Assembly (NCBI GenBank): GCA_964016885.1
Contig: OZ024740.1
Coordinates: 394,320,001 to 394,384,000, forward strand
Reading direction: 5' to 3'
Length of the DNA: 64,000 nucleotides
Origin: Eledone cirrhosa
Lineage: Eukaryota
Of this stretch, positions 26,262 to 40,600 are shown in pieces. A program made the translations under genes and the position numbers. The notes under the pieces are model-generated. The model was not told where the DNA came from and made no database searches. It saw only the letters and a program-made list of their open reading frames with translations. Every line of letters starts with the position of its first letter. Position 1 is the first letter of the stretch.

Positions 26262-26916
26262 GCAGTGTATCTAGGACTGTATTATTTTATGCCCAAATCT
26301 ACCTGCTGAACAAGCTGACAGACCCGCAATACTAACTTTGAAACCTCCAGGGGTCCACAAGTTACAAGTTGAAAATCACTGAAATAGACATATAACGAAA
26401 TGTATTCCATTCGTGACCATCCTGTCTTTTTTTCAATCATAGTTTGCCATTTTCATGTAGAAAGGATGTGATTTTGAGAGACATTTCTAGTGCTTTGAAG
26501 TCAGTCGACTATAGTTGCATCATATTTTTATTGTCGTTTAGTCCAAGATTCATCCTAATCAAGCAGAATTATAATCAAAGGCGTTAGAACTGAACATTCC
26601 ACATAGTGTATGTGGTAGTAATGCGACTTTTGACGTGCGATATGAGCGAGACATGAGAATTATTCGCAAAAGAACGCTCGAAAACGTAGAGGTTCGAATA
26701 ACATAGAGAATAGATGACGATGAGAGATTTTACAAACAGAATATCTAAATATTTGTTCGTGCAAAATGATGGGGCTTTGACTTTGACAGGAGTAGAGAGA
26801 ACGATAGTGACAGAGACGAAGAGAAGAAAAGGAAGTGAAACAAGCAAGATCAATCATTCCTCTCGTTGGTAGTATTACGTACATTTAAATATATATAGAT
26901 ACATACATGCATAGTG

Positions 26917-27077
<161 letters not shown>

Positions 27078-27428
27078 AGATTCAGGACTCCGATGGCTGA
27101 ACTCCGGCCGTTTCGACAGCTAGCTTTGATCGGTTGCTGCTGGACGTGGGAGACTATAACATAGAAACTGATGTGAACCCTGTGACGGTGTCACCTTACC
27201 GGCCGGGATGTGGAGATTGGTGGAGGTTTGCCTAAGCTAGTTTCGTTGTGTTTTAGGTAGTAGTTAGATGGTCAACTTCCTTCACATTTGTTGCGCCTGG
27301 GCAAAACTGTATGTGGGGGGGGGGGGGGTCTCACAAGGGTACGAACGAATGCTTCAAGTACATCAACTTTGTCCGTTCCCTTGTTTTAATTTAGATTGCC
27401 GCGAGAACGTAACCTTATAATGTAAGAA

Positions 27429-27503
27429 GCTGTCTGATGAGATCATGGCACTGGGTACGCGGAATAGCGTGGCCACTGTCGTCATTGAAATATGTATCAC
27501 AAC
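27429..27503 (+). ncRNA. type I hammerhead with long imperfect stem II
   Basis: GCUGU-CUGAUGA-GAUCAUGGCACUGGGUACGC-GGAAUA-GCGUGGCCACUGUCGUCAUU-GAAA-UAUGUA-UC|ACAAC. Confidence 0.7.
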
Positions 27504-27598
27504 GACTTCGCATTTTCTTATTCTAAATATACTCCGTCATTCCTATGTGGAAAAGTACGTAGAGTGCTTGAGTTGAATAGCATCAATATTTACCGTAA

Positions 27599-27658
<60 letters not shown>

Positions 27659-27755
27659 ATGTGTGTGTGTAAAAGGTAAACAGAAATAACAACACAATCG
27701 GTACAGTATATGGAAGGGATATATTAGGTTAACGCTTGATATAGCAGGACGAGGG

Positions 27756-27791
27756 TCTTAATGTTTCGGACGCTAGTCCTTCATCAGAAGA
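27756..27791 (-). ncRNA. minimal type I hammerhead
   Basis: UCUU-CUGAUGA-A-GGAC-UAGC-GUCC-GAAA-CA-UU|AAGA. Confidence 0.7.
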
Positions 27792-28003
27792 AAGAATGAG
27801 AGGACGGGTGGGATGGAATTGGAAAAAATGTCTTTAGATAAAAATAACAGTCCATTTCATGTTGATATCTCTTGCAAAACTGTTGGTGCTGGCGTTTTGT
27901 GTATGATTTATTTTTTAGAAAAGTAGATGATGGAGCACGTCTACCTGAAATGGAAAAACAAACCGTTTTGTAAAAAGCGCTATACTTGTGCACGTGCGTA
28001 AGA

Positions 28004-28082
<79 letters not shown>

Positions 28083-28858
28083 CGTGTGTGTTATTATACG
28101 TCCGTACGAAGCTAAGAAGAAATGTGTGTGTATATGTGAGTAAAAGAGTGTGTGTTCATGTAAGTACGAAGCTATGAGCAATATGTGTGTGTGTGTATAT
28201 ATATATATGAATTAGCTTTAAGAGAGGTGTTACCTATACTAACCGGTTCCAGTGTAAGATCATTAAATGTTAACACAATTAGGTGAAGGAGTTATGCCGC
28301 AGGCAAACACTTTCATGACGCAAACATGAAAGGGCTTGCCTGAAGCATATCAACTCATTCACATAATTGCGTTAACATCTGTTGATGTCACACCTGTGCC
28401 GGTTGCTGTTGTAATGATCGCATAACACCACCACACTGGTGTCACTAAAGTACGTATTATGCAATAAATACAATTATGTAACATCTGTCTTAACGTTAAT
28501 TTATTCATAGAAACGTCGTGTTTGATAGCCACCGTAATGCTGGATAGACACAAGTGATGCTGAATGCTTTTACATACTTACACCTGTTCATCAGTGAGAC
28601 GTCCCAATTCAGTAATTAACACGCACACACACACACGTGTGTGTGTATATAGAAGTAAATAGCAAGCAAGAAGGGAGAAAAGGAAAAAAATAAATCAGTG
28701 CTACCTACCTGTAGTGGGGAAGGGGAGTTTCTGGAAGTTGAGTAACGAGGGTGAAGTAATTGTGTGTGTGTGGGGGGGGGGGGGTGAGGGGGGGGGGAAG
28801 AGTTTGGTCGTCGTCCTGAACGGTGAAGAGAAAATCGACAAAAATGTAGAATCAACGA

Positions 28859-28921
<63 letters not shown>

Positions 28922-30399
28922 TAGGAAAGAAATAAACAAAAGGAGCGAGAATTGAAGTTCAATTTCTTTTTTTCTTTATTTTTCCCTTTTACTTTCTTTC
29001 TTCCATATCTGCAAATGAGTTACATCGTGTCGTTATTATTCCAATAGAGAAAGGAAGGAAGAGAAAAATATATATAGAGATAAATATAAAAACGTCTCGA
29101 CAGGAGAGAAATAGAGGAATACAGAGAAAGGATGGGGTAAAGAAAGAGAGAGAGAGAGAGGAAGAGACAGATGGCTTTGAGTGCTGGTTGCTTCAAGAAG
29201 AAGAAGAAGTGAGGCAAGTATGAGAGGGAGGAGTAGAAGGAGAAGCAGGTAGAGGTTTTGGGTGAAAGAAGTTACAGAAAAGAAGCAATAAAATCTTTCC
29301 TGGGCGGCTATTAATCTGCCATAACAGTGGAAGTAAATTTGCTGGCGTTAATATATCATTCACACACTCACACTCACACACACACCTACATATACAGACA
29401 TACAGACACAGATAAATACACTTACATTTATATTTATACACAAAGGCCTGCATTCACAATGACATATACTTCGTTCAGACACTAGGCTCAAAATTTCATA
29501 ACCAGATACTTACACACAGAAACTTACACGCACACATTTATACTTAAACACAAAGGTCTGCTTGCATACACAATGACATATACTTTGTTCAGACGTTAAG
29601 GCTCAAAGTTTTATAACTTGCCACCAAGATCATCAATCTGTCACTTCTTACTCTTCACTTAGACCTCCCGCTGTTTACTTCTGTTTTTTGTTTTTTGTTT
29701 TTTGTTTTTTTTTTAAGTAGCGGTGGTGGTGAGAAGTGAGTCACTGAAAACTGCTACAAAGGTATTTCCTTTTTATTCCAAGCATTTATAGCTCGATCCA
29801 ACAAGAAATGTTCACGCGGTCACTCCGCCTGTTAGAAAGAGCAGTAAATTCCTTCAAATCAAACTATACTACAGTTGTTTACATTCGTTTGGACTTCGTA
29901 ACACGAGAGAGATCATAGTTAATGATTTACAAAACATAGGAAATCTATTGTTTGCACTGTTTTTATTCCTTCCATTCCCAAGGCCTCAAATCCTTATGGA
30001 GTCAATAGGATACAATAGTGACATTCAGTGAATCTTGGATATTATAAATCTAGCAGAGCCCATTTATCTCCAAGTCTGGTTACTGCCTATTTATTTCAAA
30101 TTGAAAGCGACAGGGATTTGGTCCCAGTACTGGGCAAATCAATCCCAATGAAAGGCAAAGTTGATTTTAGAAAACGAATATAGCGAGGCATTCTATCCAA
30201 CTTTGTTTATTACAAAATTATGACTAACACAGTTTTCAAAATGCTCTCTATATAATATCTGATGCTCGTGGATATCTTTTGCGGTAAACCAGTTTGAGGA
30301 CCACTACTTTTCCACTGTAAAACAAAAAGCACAGAACGAACAATGTATTCCTTGATTTTCTTCAAATATTCAAGTCTACATTATCCAATTTAACCTACT

Positions 30400-32959
30400 C
30401 GGTAGCTTACGTCTTCATGAAAGGGGCTGGTTCTGGAGAGAGTACTACCCAGGTAGACGGCCTTATCCACAACCTTCGAAATGTTCACTTTAATAGATAT
30501 GGATAGTGGAATATATGACTTTTCGGAGGGAAGGGGGCTAGTACATCAACACTGTCTTTTTCAGGCTGATTGTCAGACCACACTCATCACACGCTGCAGA
30601 GAAGCAATCTACCAGAAGTGGAAGGTAATCTTCTGTGTGGCTACCAAGATCTCAATCGTCTTCATAAAGAAGATAACGTAATAGTGCAATATGTATTTTG
30701 GGTATAGCAAGGAATTGTTGGATGTTCAAGAGCCTTCCTATTCTCCGTTAACGTATATATATGCTAGCATCGGTGTCGGTGAATGCTTAAAAAAAAACAC
30801 AACTTCAAAGTAGATGGCAAACATAGTCGGATCGAGGAGGTCACCTAGTTTTACACCTACTTCAACTGAGAAAGGTTCTAGGAGCTTACCATTGATGCAT
30901 ATCACGCTCTGATACCATCATGTAATGAAGGTAAACTTCTCAGAGCAACCTATCTTCAAGGGTATACTCAGAATGGGTTGATTATTGACTGTGTCAAAGG
31001 CTTTCGTGAAATACATAAAACAATTGGATAGACCAAGCTGTTGCCCCTTTTACTTCTGCATCTGCCGCGCGGTGAAGATCATATATGCAGTGCCCCGATA
31101 TGGACGGAAATAACACTGAGAACCTGGCAGAATGTTAGGTGCATCGTGCATCAGAAGGCGATAAAGAAAAATTCTGGCAAGGATTTTACCAACAACTGAT
31201 AGTAAAGAGATCACTTGGTAGTTGTCACAAACATTCTTGAAGAGCGGGACGAGAATAGTATCCTTCCAGTCCTGTGGGACTGCACCCTTCAACCACACCT
31301 GAAGGTAAATGTTATGCCACAGATCGTTTACTTTAGGATCATATTGTTTCACTATTTCAGCCACTATACGATCCTTCTCAGGTGCTTTGCCAATGTTTAT
31401 TTCTCTCACTGCAGTCATAATCTCTTCCAATGTGGAAGGATTACAAATCTTGTTAATGATGAAAGCTAGTTCCATGACTCAGTCAGGTTGGGATTAAGGA
31501 GAGATGCCTGGCTTAGTAAGTGTTTAATTTGTTCGCACCATATTGCTTTGATTTCATCTGGCTTACTCAATTCTTCGGTTCAATTCTTTGACCGCAGTGG
31601 GGCAACGGATGTTGGGGTGAGCGATATACGGAGCACATTTCGTGATATAATGATTTAGCATCTCGTCTTTCTGCCGAGGCTTGTATGTGATGCGCTTTAT
31701 GGCACCACCATGAATATTTTGCTGCTCGGATTTTCCGCTGCACTCGTGCCTTACTCTCTTTGAAAGCCTTCTCCAGCCGAGATCGAACAAGATCAAATTC
31801 CTGGCAAACCTACAACAGGAGACGTCCATTGCTATTATATTTTCCCATTCCATGACGAACTATACTGCTCCATGTTCTAGATGTGTATCATACTTATTTA
31901 AATTTTTCAAGACTATTCGCAGAACCACGTAAAATGTATTTATTTCTTCTTAACTTACAACAGTTAGAGCGTACGCACTGACCAAAGTCCTAAATTGGAG
32001 ATACTATGCGCAAGCTCCATCAGATGGTACACTGGGGAAATATTTAGGGCATAACCGCCTTCGGCTTTACGAGGCTCATTTTCTGGCGGACCTTTATAGA
32101 ATAAGTTATATTCTGAGTCTGGTTCATCTAGCTGACTATCCTCAGGTACCAGTATTTCAGAGAGAGAGAGCGACAATATTCTCTTGATACCGATGGAACA
32201 CTTTACAGATAAGAGCAGTTTGACGTTCAAGATGATTTGATTCTGATAAATCCAGAACACAATTTTCAAATGTCATTGAAGATGTATTCTCTCCATTTTT
32301 TTTCATATTAATCATTTCATTTTCATTACAAGCGTTTTTAGATATAGGGAAGCTTTCTATAGACCACCTTTTCTAGGTTCCTCCTGGCTAGCAGGTGAGT
32401 AGTGCATTCCTGGAAAGGGCTGCTGCCGAATTGTACTATTGCTTATGTTTTGAGACAAAGCGACTATTATCCTAAGCCACCGACGTGTGGGTTTGCTACT
32501 ATGTCCTTCCAGATTGCTCGGCCTGTACACATCACAGCTCTCCCCATCACCCAGGTAGGTCTTTTGAATTAAACGGTGTCTGTTATCCTGTCAGGGTCTA
32601 GAAAGTGTCTTTGTGTGAATTTGATTATAGTGGACATGGCTTACACAGAACCACCCCCACTTTTCAGAGAAAACCAGCACTCAAAACCGATGGAACAACA
32701 TAAGTTGTAATGACCAGCAACTGATTCATCTTCAGGTTTTATACCAGTTTCCCTCTTCTAAAATATTTTGGATAACCGTTGACTCTTATAGGTTCCTCCG
32801 TCCTTTGACGGGCTTTGTTTTTCCGCCCGCAGGATGTCCAAAACGTCACCTTTCTCACCAAGTTAGATTGATGGGGTTGCCAGTTTAGTCGTCGATGACC
32901 CGACTATACAGTAGGTTGTATTAGCTGACATGCTACCAGTAGCACTGGAGAGCGACCTG
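30400..32959 (-). mobile_element. decayed RTE/BovB-like LINE with 5' leader
   Basis: RT pieces at 31050-31475 (GKAPEKD, VPQDWKD, NYQVISLLSVVGKILARI, DM-like YMIFTARQMQK); APE-like piece at 31964-32269; leader 32620-32959 is shared with the non-autonomous copies. Confidence 0.8.
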
Positions 32960-33042
32960 ACATACATACATACATACATACATACATACATACATACATA
33001 CATACATACATACATACATACATACATACTTACATACATACA

Positions 33043-33322
33043 GTAAAAATATGTAAAACGTTCCAAAAAATATGCATCTAATAACTGCATGTGCACATGT
33101 ACTCATGCAAAACATTTGCACATGCACACATATAATCAAAACATACACATGCAATAACATCCATACCTGCACACACACACACATGCATGCAGACATGCAG
33201 ACATGCAGACATATCTACTTAGTTGATGTTTTGTAAATCCCAATGAAAGAGTCTTGTATCTGTGTTAGAAACCGACACTCTCTCTATTGGTAAAAATTTA
33301 TAAAATCAGAAAACCAGAAGTA
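33043..33322 (+). mobile_element. 3' UTR fragment of the R4-like element at 55535-56945
   Basis: Aligns with 56676-56942; flanked on both sides by (CATA)n. Confidence 0.75.
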
Positions 33323-33479
33323 CATACATACATATATGATGATGGCTGCAATCTCGTACACACATACATACGCACACACACTTGCACATATACATATGCA
33401 CACACACATACACATACATACATACATACATACATACATACATACATACATACATACATACATACATACATACATACAT

Positions 33480-33878
33480 GATGGCTGCCCCCTCGTTATC
33501 GAGAATTGCCATTGCACGATATACCATTACTAATAATTATTAATTAATTCTATCATGCAATGCCTGTGCGTATTTTTTAAAGTGAGGAAAGACTGTGCAC
33601 TGAGCCAATCCCACTCTCTGAGCGAGAGTAGCTATAACCCGAAAAGAAGAAAAGATCAACATCATCGGTAACTACTGAGCCGCAGGTTTTATATCGGAGT
33701 TATCCCAGTTTCATGAGTTGCCTTCTCCTAGAAGAATGCCCCGACAAAGGCTAGGGGTCCTTCGCTCCCAGTAGTTTAACCGGGCTGTACATGTCTATAT
33801 ACACATTTACACAATTTCGGATGGCCGTTGACTCTTATGAGTTATTCCGTCCTTTTTCAGGTTTTGTTTTTGTCCTGC
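33480..33878 (-). mobile_element. non-autonomous RTE-derived element, 5'-truncated
   Basis: Homologous to 33901-34509 and, as reverse complement, to 58515-58893; in (CATA)n. Confidence 0.7.
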
Positions 33879-33900
33879 ATACATACATACATACATACAT

Positions 33901-34509
33901 GGTGGCTGCCAACTCGTTTTCGAGTACGGCCACTACTTTATATCCATGTAGGAGAACCCCTACCGATGCGCTGAACGAGTGTGACTTTTTAGTCCAGCCA
34001 GCGACTTGAAAACTCTGGTACAAACACTCCACACCTGTGACAATTATTGACACATAGTGCTGGGCCCATGGTACCATGTGACGACAAGTGCAGAGAGATC
34101 TCCAGATATAAAGCAATGCCTGTGCCGTGAAGCTTTTATAGTGAGCAAAGGCACTGCACAAAGCCAGTCCCACTCTCTTAACCAAGATGATATTTACCAA
34201 AAAGAAGAACAAGTCAACATCATTGGATACCATCAGGGTTGCAGGTGTTATATCAGAGTTTTCCTTCTCCTAGAATTCTGCCTTGACAAAGGCTAAGGGG
34301 TCATCTCTCCCGGTGATTTTGGATGGCCATTGACTCTTAAGAGCTCCTTTGCCCTTTGACAGGTTTTGTTTTTAGTCCTGCAGGATGTCCAAAGTCACCC
34401 TCCTCACCAAGAAACCTTGGTGGGGTTGCCAGTTTAGTCGCCAACGACCCGACCATGGGACAGGTTGTACTGGGATACATGTTACCAGTAGCACCAACTG
34501 GTGACCTGA
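33901..34509 (-). mobile_element. non-autonomous RTE-derived element (~610 bp), apparently complete
   Basis: RTE-type leader motif TAGCCTTTGTCAAGGCAGAATTCTAGGAGAAGGAAAACTCTG; no ORF; (ATGT)n on both sides. Confidence 0.72.
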
Positions 34510-34519
34510 CATACATACA

Positions 34520-34550
<31 letters not shown>

Positions 34551-35744
34551 GATCATAATGTGCTGAAGTGGTCCAAATTATGTTTATACTTCAAGTGGAT
34601 GTTTTCATATTCTAAATCAAAACTGTTTCGAATATTCAAATACTTCCATATGTTGTAAGGTTATTTGTATATTGTTGGGGGTGAGCCGGTTTGGTTGTTA
34701 ATTTGCTAATTGATAAAACTCGCAATTTAATTAATTAATGCTCCTTTATTACGCTGGTTTATTAGTATTTCTCTCACAATTCTGGTTTGATCACCGATCT
34801 CTAATGTATATGAACAAAGAAAATTCTTATTAACTATTGTTGTTGTTTTGTTGGTGTTGTTACTGTTGTACTTTGCTCGTTTTATTCATTTTGTTTCTAT
34901 TTCAAATGTATTGATGTTGTTGATGTAGTTGCCGTTGATTTTATTGTTGCTGCTGTTGTTGTTTAAACGCATGTCAGACCTGATCGAGCAATTGGTGTCA
35001 TTACCATATGTATTTAGGTGCATATCTAGCTAGTTCTATGTTTATTTCAGACAGTAATGTTAGCATTTGGGGAGATTTGGCTGTTATTTATAACAGGTCA
35101 AATGACCATACGTAGAATCCTTCTATTCATTAGTTGAATTTCTTGTTATTGTCGATGTTGTTGTTAGTGCTACTATTGTTGTTGTTGTTGCTGTTACGGC
35201 TGTTGTTGTCGTCGTTGCCGTTGTTGTTGCTGCTGCTGTCATTGTCGTTGTTGATGTTGCTGATGTTGCTGTTGTTACATCTGCTGCTGTTTTTGTTGTG
35301 ATGTTGTTGCTGTCATTGTTTTTGTATCCCAGCTGATAGACTTGTTTTTATATCTGTATTTCTTGAGATGTGATGCGTTGCTACTACTCAGGCTAGTGAT
35401 ATTATTATTCGTGCAAAACTAAGATCAGAATTTTCTGACTTAACAAAGTTGCTCGTTATTAAAACCCTTCCTTTGCCTGTGCTTGTGCTTTTATTCACAC
35501 GACTTAGATTCAATACATGCAGGTCTGACAAATCAGATGGCTGGACTCATAACGTGTTAGATGGCCAGCTGACTCGGACACTTTAACGTTCAACTGATCT
35601 ATTCACTCTATCTAGGTACACGAGAGGAGAAATAATTCGCTTTTGCTAGCAGTAGCAACCCTGAAGTGTTTCGTTACTTACAGAGTTTATGAGTGCTCAA
35701 AATTCTTCTCTTCCTGAAGGCATAACATAAAAAGAATGACTTTA

Positions 35745-36330
35745 CCAAGCACATTTATTTTAACTGCGTGACTAAGGTTGTTCAATAAATTGTAGCTTCG
35801 CACGACAGTTCATTTCGTAGTTTCTGTAAGTTTTCTATATTTTACTGTTGTTTTTACAAATACTACCTGCGTTGGTGTGTTTGAAGTTGTTATCTACATT
35901 TTAATTAATGCAAACTATTAAATCTGAGTTGTTATTAATTCCTGTTGCGGCTTCTGTCATTGTTCGTACTTCTGTTGCACAGCATTTCACTTGTTGTCTA
36001 GGTATTTCCCCTGAGAAGGCATTTGTAATACTACATTCCATACAATAAATTACTCCATAACAGTGTGGACAGTATGTTCCTCAGCTGAGCAGAGGCATGA
36101 TATAACTGCAACAATAAATCTTTAGACTGTTCGTAATTAGTTGTTCAGCTGACTACTTGGTTTGATCTTTCAGAGCTTGCCTTGGATTACAAGGCAAGAA
36201 CCTCAGTTACCCATGGATTCTCTCATGGACAGCAGAGTTGATACAATTAATATTCTAGTTTTCATCATACTATTTCTTGCAACATATTTTTTGTTTTAGA
36301 CGGATTTTTGTGTCATTTTCATGAATGGGT
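35745..36330 (-). pseudogene. highly decayed PLE GIY-YIG remnant
   Basis: Minus-strand GVIYCMECSITNAFSGEIPRQ (~35994-36056) resembles xVIYCxxC...YIGET.R; downstream MTEAATGINNNSDL. Confidence 0.4.
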
Positions 36331-37272
36331 AGTGTAATTGCAATTACAGAAAGAAGGATTTAAGTATTGGTGTAATTTAAATATTGGTGTAATTGCAATT
36401 TAGAAAGAAGGATTTAAGTATTGGTGCAGTCAGGGTGAGTCTCTAGAGATGAGTCATTATAGTTAGATTTATTTGGTATGTGTGCATGTGAATATGTATG
36501 TGTATGTATGTGTGTTGTTATGCTATTGCATCTCTAGCGTATGTTGTGTCGTTATTTAGCAGTATGTTAAGGTGACCTGGTAACATAATTCCTAAGTTTA
36601 CTGTCAGTATATCAATGTTAATATGTTATTTTCTTGTGTGGGTTGCTAGGCTTTTATATTGAATGTTTTCTTTTCTAAAGTGTTGGAATATCTTATAATT
36701 TTTCGACTGTTGTCGAGGAGGGTAAGTTTGATCGCTGTTGTTGCTGTTGCGTTTATTGTTGCTGTGATTTATGTTAGATTTTGGATAGCTGTTGTTATTG
36801 TTGTCGATTATCTACAGGTTTACACTGACCAACCTGACCTACGAGAAAGAGATATATTTTTCTATATCTAGGACAATTCATTTTACATTTTCAAGACGGT
36901 AAGTTGTAGATTGAGGTAAATTTGACTGCTATTTTTAACAAGGCAAGCGACTATACAATAATTCCCTATTTCTTTTTAAATTTCTTGTTGGAATGGCACT
37001 GGTGCAAATAACATTGTAGGTTTTTTTATAAATTTAGTGGTTTGTTGTTTAATGCAATGGTTCTTGAAGCAGGAAGCATTGTTTGCAATACTTCAACGAA
37101 AACACAAAGGAAAGAAATGATAATAAAACTAAAAAAAATCCCGAAATGCTTTGTTTTGTTTCTTAATTGTTTTTTCTAATTATTTAAAAGTATTAACATT
37201 TCTTTCTTCGAACAATATATTTTCTAAACCTAACCAAACACTATTAAATTGTAAAAAATATATAATAATAAC

Positions 37273-37306
<34 letters not shown>

Positions 37307-37309
<3 letters not shown>

Positions 37310-37655
37310 TGGCCTGCCCGTTCGACACGAGAGTGCAAGAGAAGGAGAGGGAGAAAATTAACCGATACCAGGACCTAAAGTGGGAGGTGAAAAGGATTTG
37401 GAACTGCCATGAAGTCAAAGTGATCCCGATTGTCATAGGCGCACTGGGGACTATCTCCAAAGGTTTCCAGGGATGGTTAAAGAAAATCGGCCCCTTCACG
37501 CTTTTTGGAACGCTTCAAAAGGCATGCTTGCTTGGAACAGCAAGAACCCTCCGATACGTCCTGAATATCTGAGGCTGCAGGTAGTGGCTTGATATTCAAT
37601 CCAACGGACTTTCCAGTTAACCAACATCAATGACTGAGATTCAAGGAATAACAAT
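37307..37655 (+). mobile_element. Dong/R4 LINE 3' fragment
   Basis: ACPFDTRVQEKE...PIVIGALG...LQKACLLGTARTLR; near identical to 47736-48075; embedded in (TAA)n. Confidence 0.9.
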
Positions 37656-37682
37656 AACAATAATAATAATAATAATAATAAT

Positions 37683-40600
37683 GATTTCTTTATTAACCAC
37701 AAGGGTTTACATAAAGTAGACATTAAGGACAGTGCAGGACAATACAGTACGGTACAAATGGGCATTTCTGCGTGTAAAAAACAAAAACAGAGGATGTAAC
37801 AAAAAAATAACAATGAAAAATTCCCCAATAGGGGGGGAAACTTCGGAGGGACATTTGTGGGGAAAGCCCAGTAAAAGGCCACAGCGACCCTGACCACCAA
37901 GGCAAGTGCCCTCTCCCAGTTTTCCACCTTTAATTTACAGATATATACTCAGAGTAGGCATTCACTCGGGCCATTCTTGCTTCTCTCACCTATCTTTCAA
38001 CAAAATGCTGGGAAGAGAGCACTTCCCTCTCTACTCTGATTTTCCTTTTCAAATGAAATTTGAAAACGTCAATCAGGGAATCACCAAAGAGGTAAGTGCT
38101 CATCTTCAGCCCTTTCAAACGTGTCCACCATACTATCTCTTTCGCCATGGCCACCAGACAGATAAAAACTTCCTGCCCTTCCCGGCTAAAGGAGGAGGGC
38201 GGGGAAATCCTCACGATGGACTCAGATGATAGCCGGATCCGTCCTACACGCGACAGCAGGTGTTCGACATAAACCCACAAGTCAGCAATTTTCGGACACT
38301 GGACGAGTGCGTGCAGGACTGTTTCGTCGCCCTGCGCGCATCTCGGACATGCTCGGCTGACGGCACCTCCATGCCTGTAGAGTTTATCCCGAACTGGCAA
38401 GGCTCCTCGGTAGCACTGCCAGGCCAGAGATTTCTGGAAGTTGTCCATAGGCCCTGGCCCGAAAGTTCTTCCGAAGAGATTGGCTAGTTGATTTTCGTCG
38501 ACGCCTAGAGTTTCCCCAAGTACGTCGTCGCTCTTCCCCTCCACTAATCCTCTATAGAACGCCGAGGTGGAGTTTCCACCGATCACATTGCCCGATTGGT
38601 CTAGGGCTGTGAGCGACTGAAGACATTCCAGTCTCCAGGCGCTCCCTCTCGGTCTTCGCTTGACCCAGGACTACAGCTCCGTCAAAGAAACGAGCTGGGG
38701 AAATACGCGTCTAGCAAACGGCGACCACACCTGATCACCGTCGAGGTAGAGGTGGAGATATCGTAGCCTGAGCGCGTGCCTGCGCATCATCAGTCATGGC
38801 ATGCCCAGCCCTCCACGTAGCGGTGTTGACAACAGATGGACCGCCTGATCATCGGAGCGCGTCCCTTCCACAAAAAGCGAAAGAGCAAACGCTCCAGCGC
38901 AGTCAGGCGAGGCTTAGGACAAGGTACGACGGTCAGGCGGTAGCAGATGACAGACGTCACCTCGTCCCAGTTTTTGTCCGTCTGGAGGTCCGGACCGAAC
39001 CAGACCCCTAGCAATTTAACCGGCCCGTCCGTCCAGCGTCCGACGACGCTGTTGGACGACGGCATGGACCTGCCTCTCCAGGTGCCGAGCTGCAGGCCCA
39101 CTGACTTTTCCTGGTTGATCATTGCTCCTGTCACCGCTTCGTATTCTCTTAGTGTAGTGCCGATCGCCTCGATGTGTTTGGCGTTCGACACCAGTACGGT
39201 GAGATCGTCCGCATATGCTGACACGGATCTTCCGCATCCTAGTTCGCGCGGGACGCCCCTCAACGTCTCCAGTTTGTGCAGTAATGGCTCGAGAGTCAAT
39301 ACGTACAAGAGGGACGAGAGGGGACATCCTTGGCAGACCGAGCGCATGATGTTGAACGGTTCCGAAAGGTGACCGTTCACTCTCACCACAGAGCAGATGT
39401 CGCTGTGCATGGCAGCGATCCAGCCTCTGAAGACGGGCCCAAAGCCAGCCGCCCTCAGGACTGCTGCTAGGTAACGATGGTCGACCCTATCGAAAGCTTT
39501 CGACTGATCTAAATTGATCATGGACCCACCCGTGCCAGGTTCCCTAGCTACCCTCTCTACGATGTATCGCATGAGGTGGAGGTTGTCGTGGATGGATCTG
39601 TCGGGAATGGCGCATGTCTGCGCCTCTCCCACCAGACCACCAACGACAAGCGCCAACCTCTTTGCTAGCACCTTGGCCAAAATCTTGAACTCTGTGTTTA
39701 GCAGAGTTATGGGCCGGAAATTATCTATGTTATTCCCCTTGTTCGGATCCTTTCTCAGCAGTGCCACCGCTCCTCGGCTAACAGAACTGGGAATTCTCCC
39801 GTTCTGTTGCCAGTTGCAGTAGACGTCCGCCAAGAGGCCTCAGAACAAGTCTGGCATCTGTACGTAAAGTTCATTGGCAGACCATCCAAACCAGGCGATT
39901 TACCCCTTGTGCAGCCAGTCATTGCCTCCCTTACTTCAGCGGCTGTTATCGGCTTTTCGCAACACTCCGCCTCAGTGGCCGAGAGCCGCGGCAGTCCGTC
40001 GAGGTAGACACTAAAGTCCATCCCTCGACCCGGCCCACCGCTGCCTCCGAACACCTGAGCGAAGTGTCACTGAAAAGCTTCACACATTTTCCCAGGATCG
40101 AGTAGCATGCGCCCGTCGTGGTCCACCAAAGACCGGATCGTGGCTTTGTTGCCACGACGCGCCTCCGCCACTCGGGCCCATTGAACGGCTTTCGTCACAT
40201 CGTGTCTGAGAGCACGCACCCTAGCTCTGACAACGCAGCCTTCGTGCTTTGCATTGGAGAATTGGTCAAGGGCCAATTTCGCCGCAAGCACATCGGTCGC
40301 AATGCCTTTGCTAAGCGCCTCGTCTAATTTTCTAACTAGTTCTCCCTCTGCTCTATTTTTCTCTTTTGCTAAAGCCTTACTAAACCTAATCGATTCTATT
40401 CTAATCGCTCTATTCAGAGCAAACCACCACTTGTTGTTGACGATAGCCCCCGTCAACGCCCGCTTAACTAGTTCGCTAATCCGGTCTCTGTAGGCCTTGC
40501 GCGCTGGTAAGGACGCGTTTAGCTTCCAGTAACCGGGTCCTCCTCTATGAAGCCTATCTAAGTCAAGCACACAGATCACGAATTTGTGGTCCGTGTAGCT

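Noticed and set aside
34385-34470. Twister ribozyme in the RTE leader (UCCC loop and GAGGG)
   Set aside because: I could not form P1 and P2 around a UAA cleavage strand
35682-35713. Apparent 32-nt minus-strand micro-exon (TTCAG|...|GTAAGT)
   Set aside because: It lies just downstream of a decayed PLE EN and could be pLTR/HHR debris; there is no partner exon or homology support
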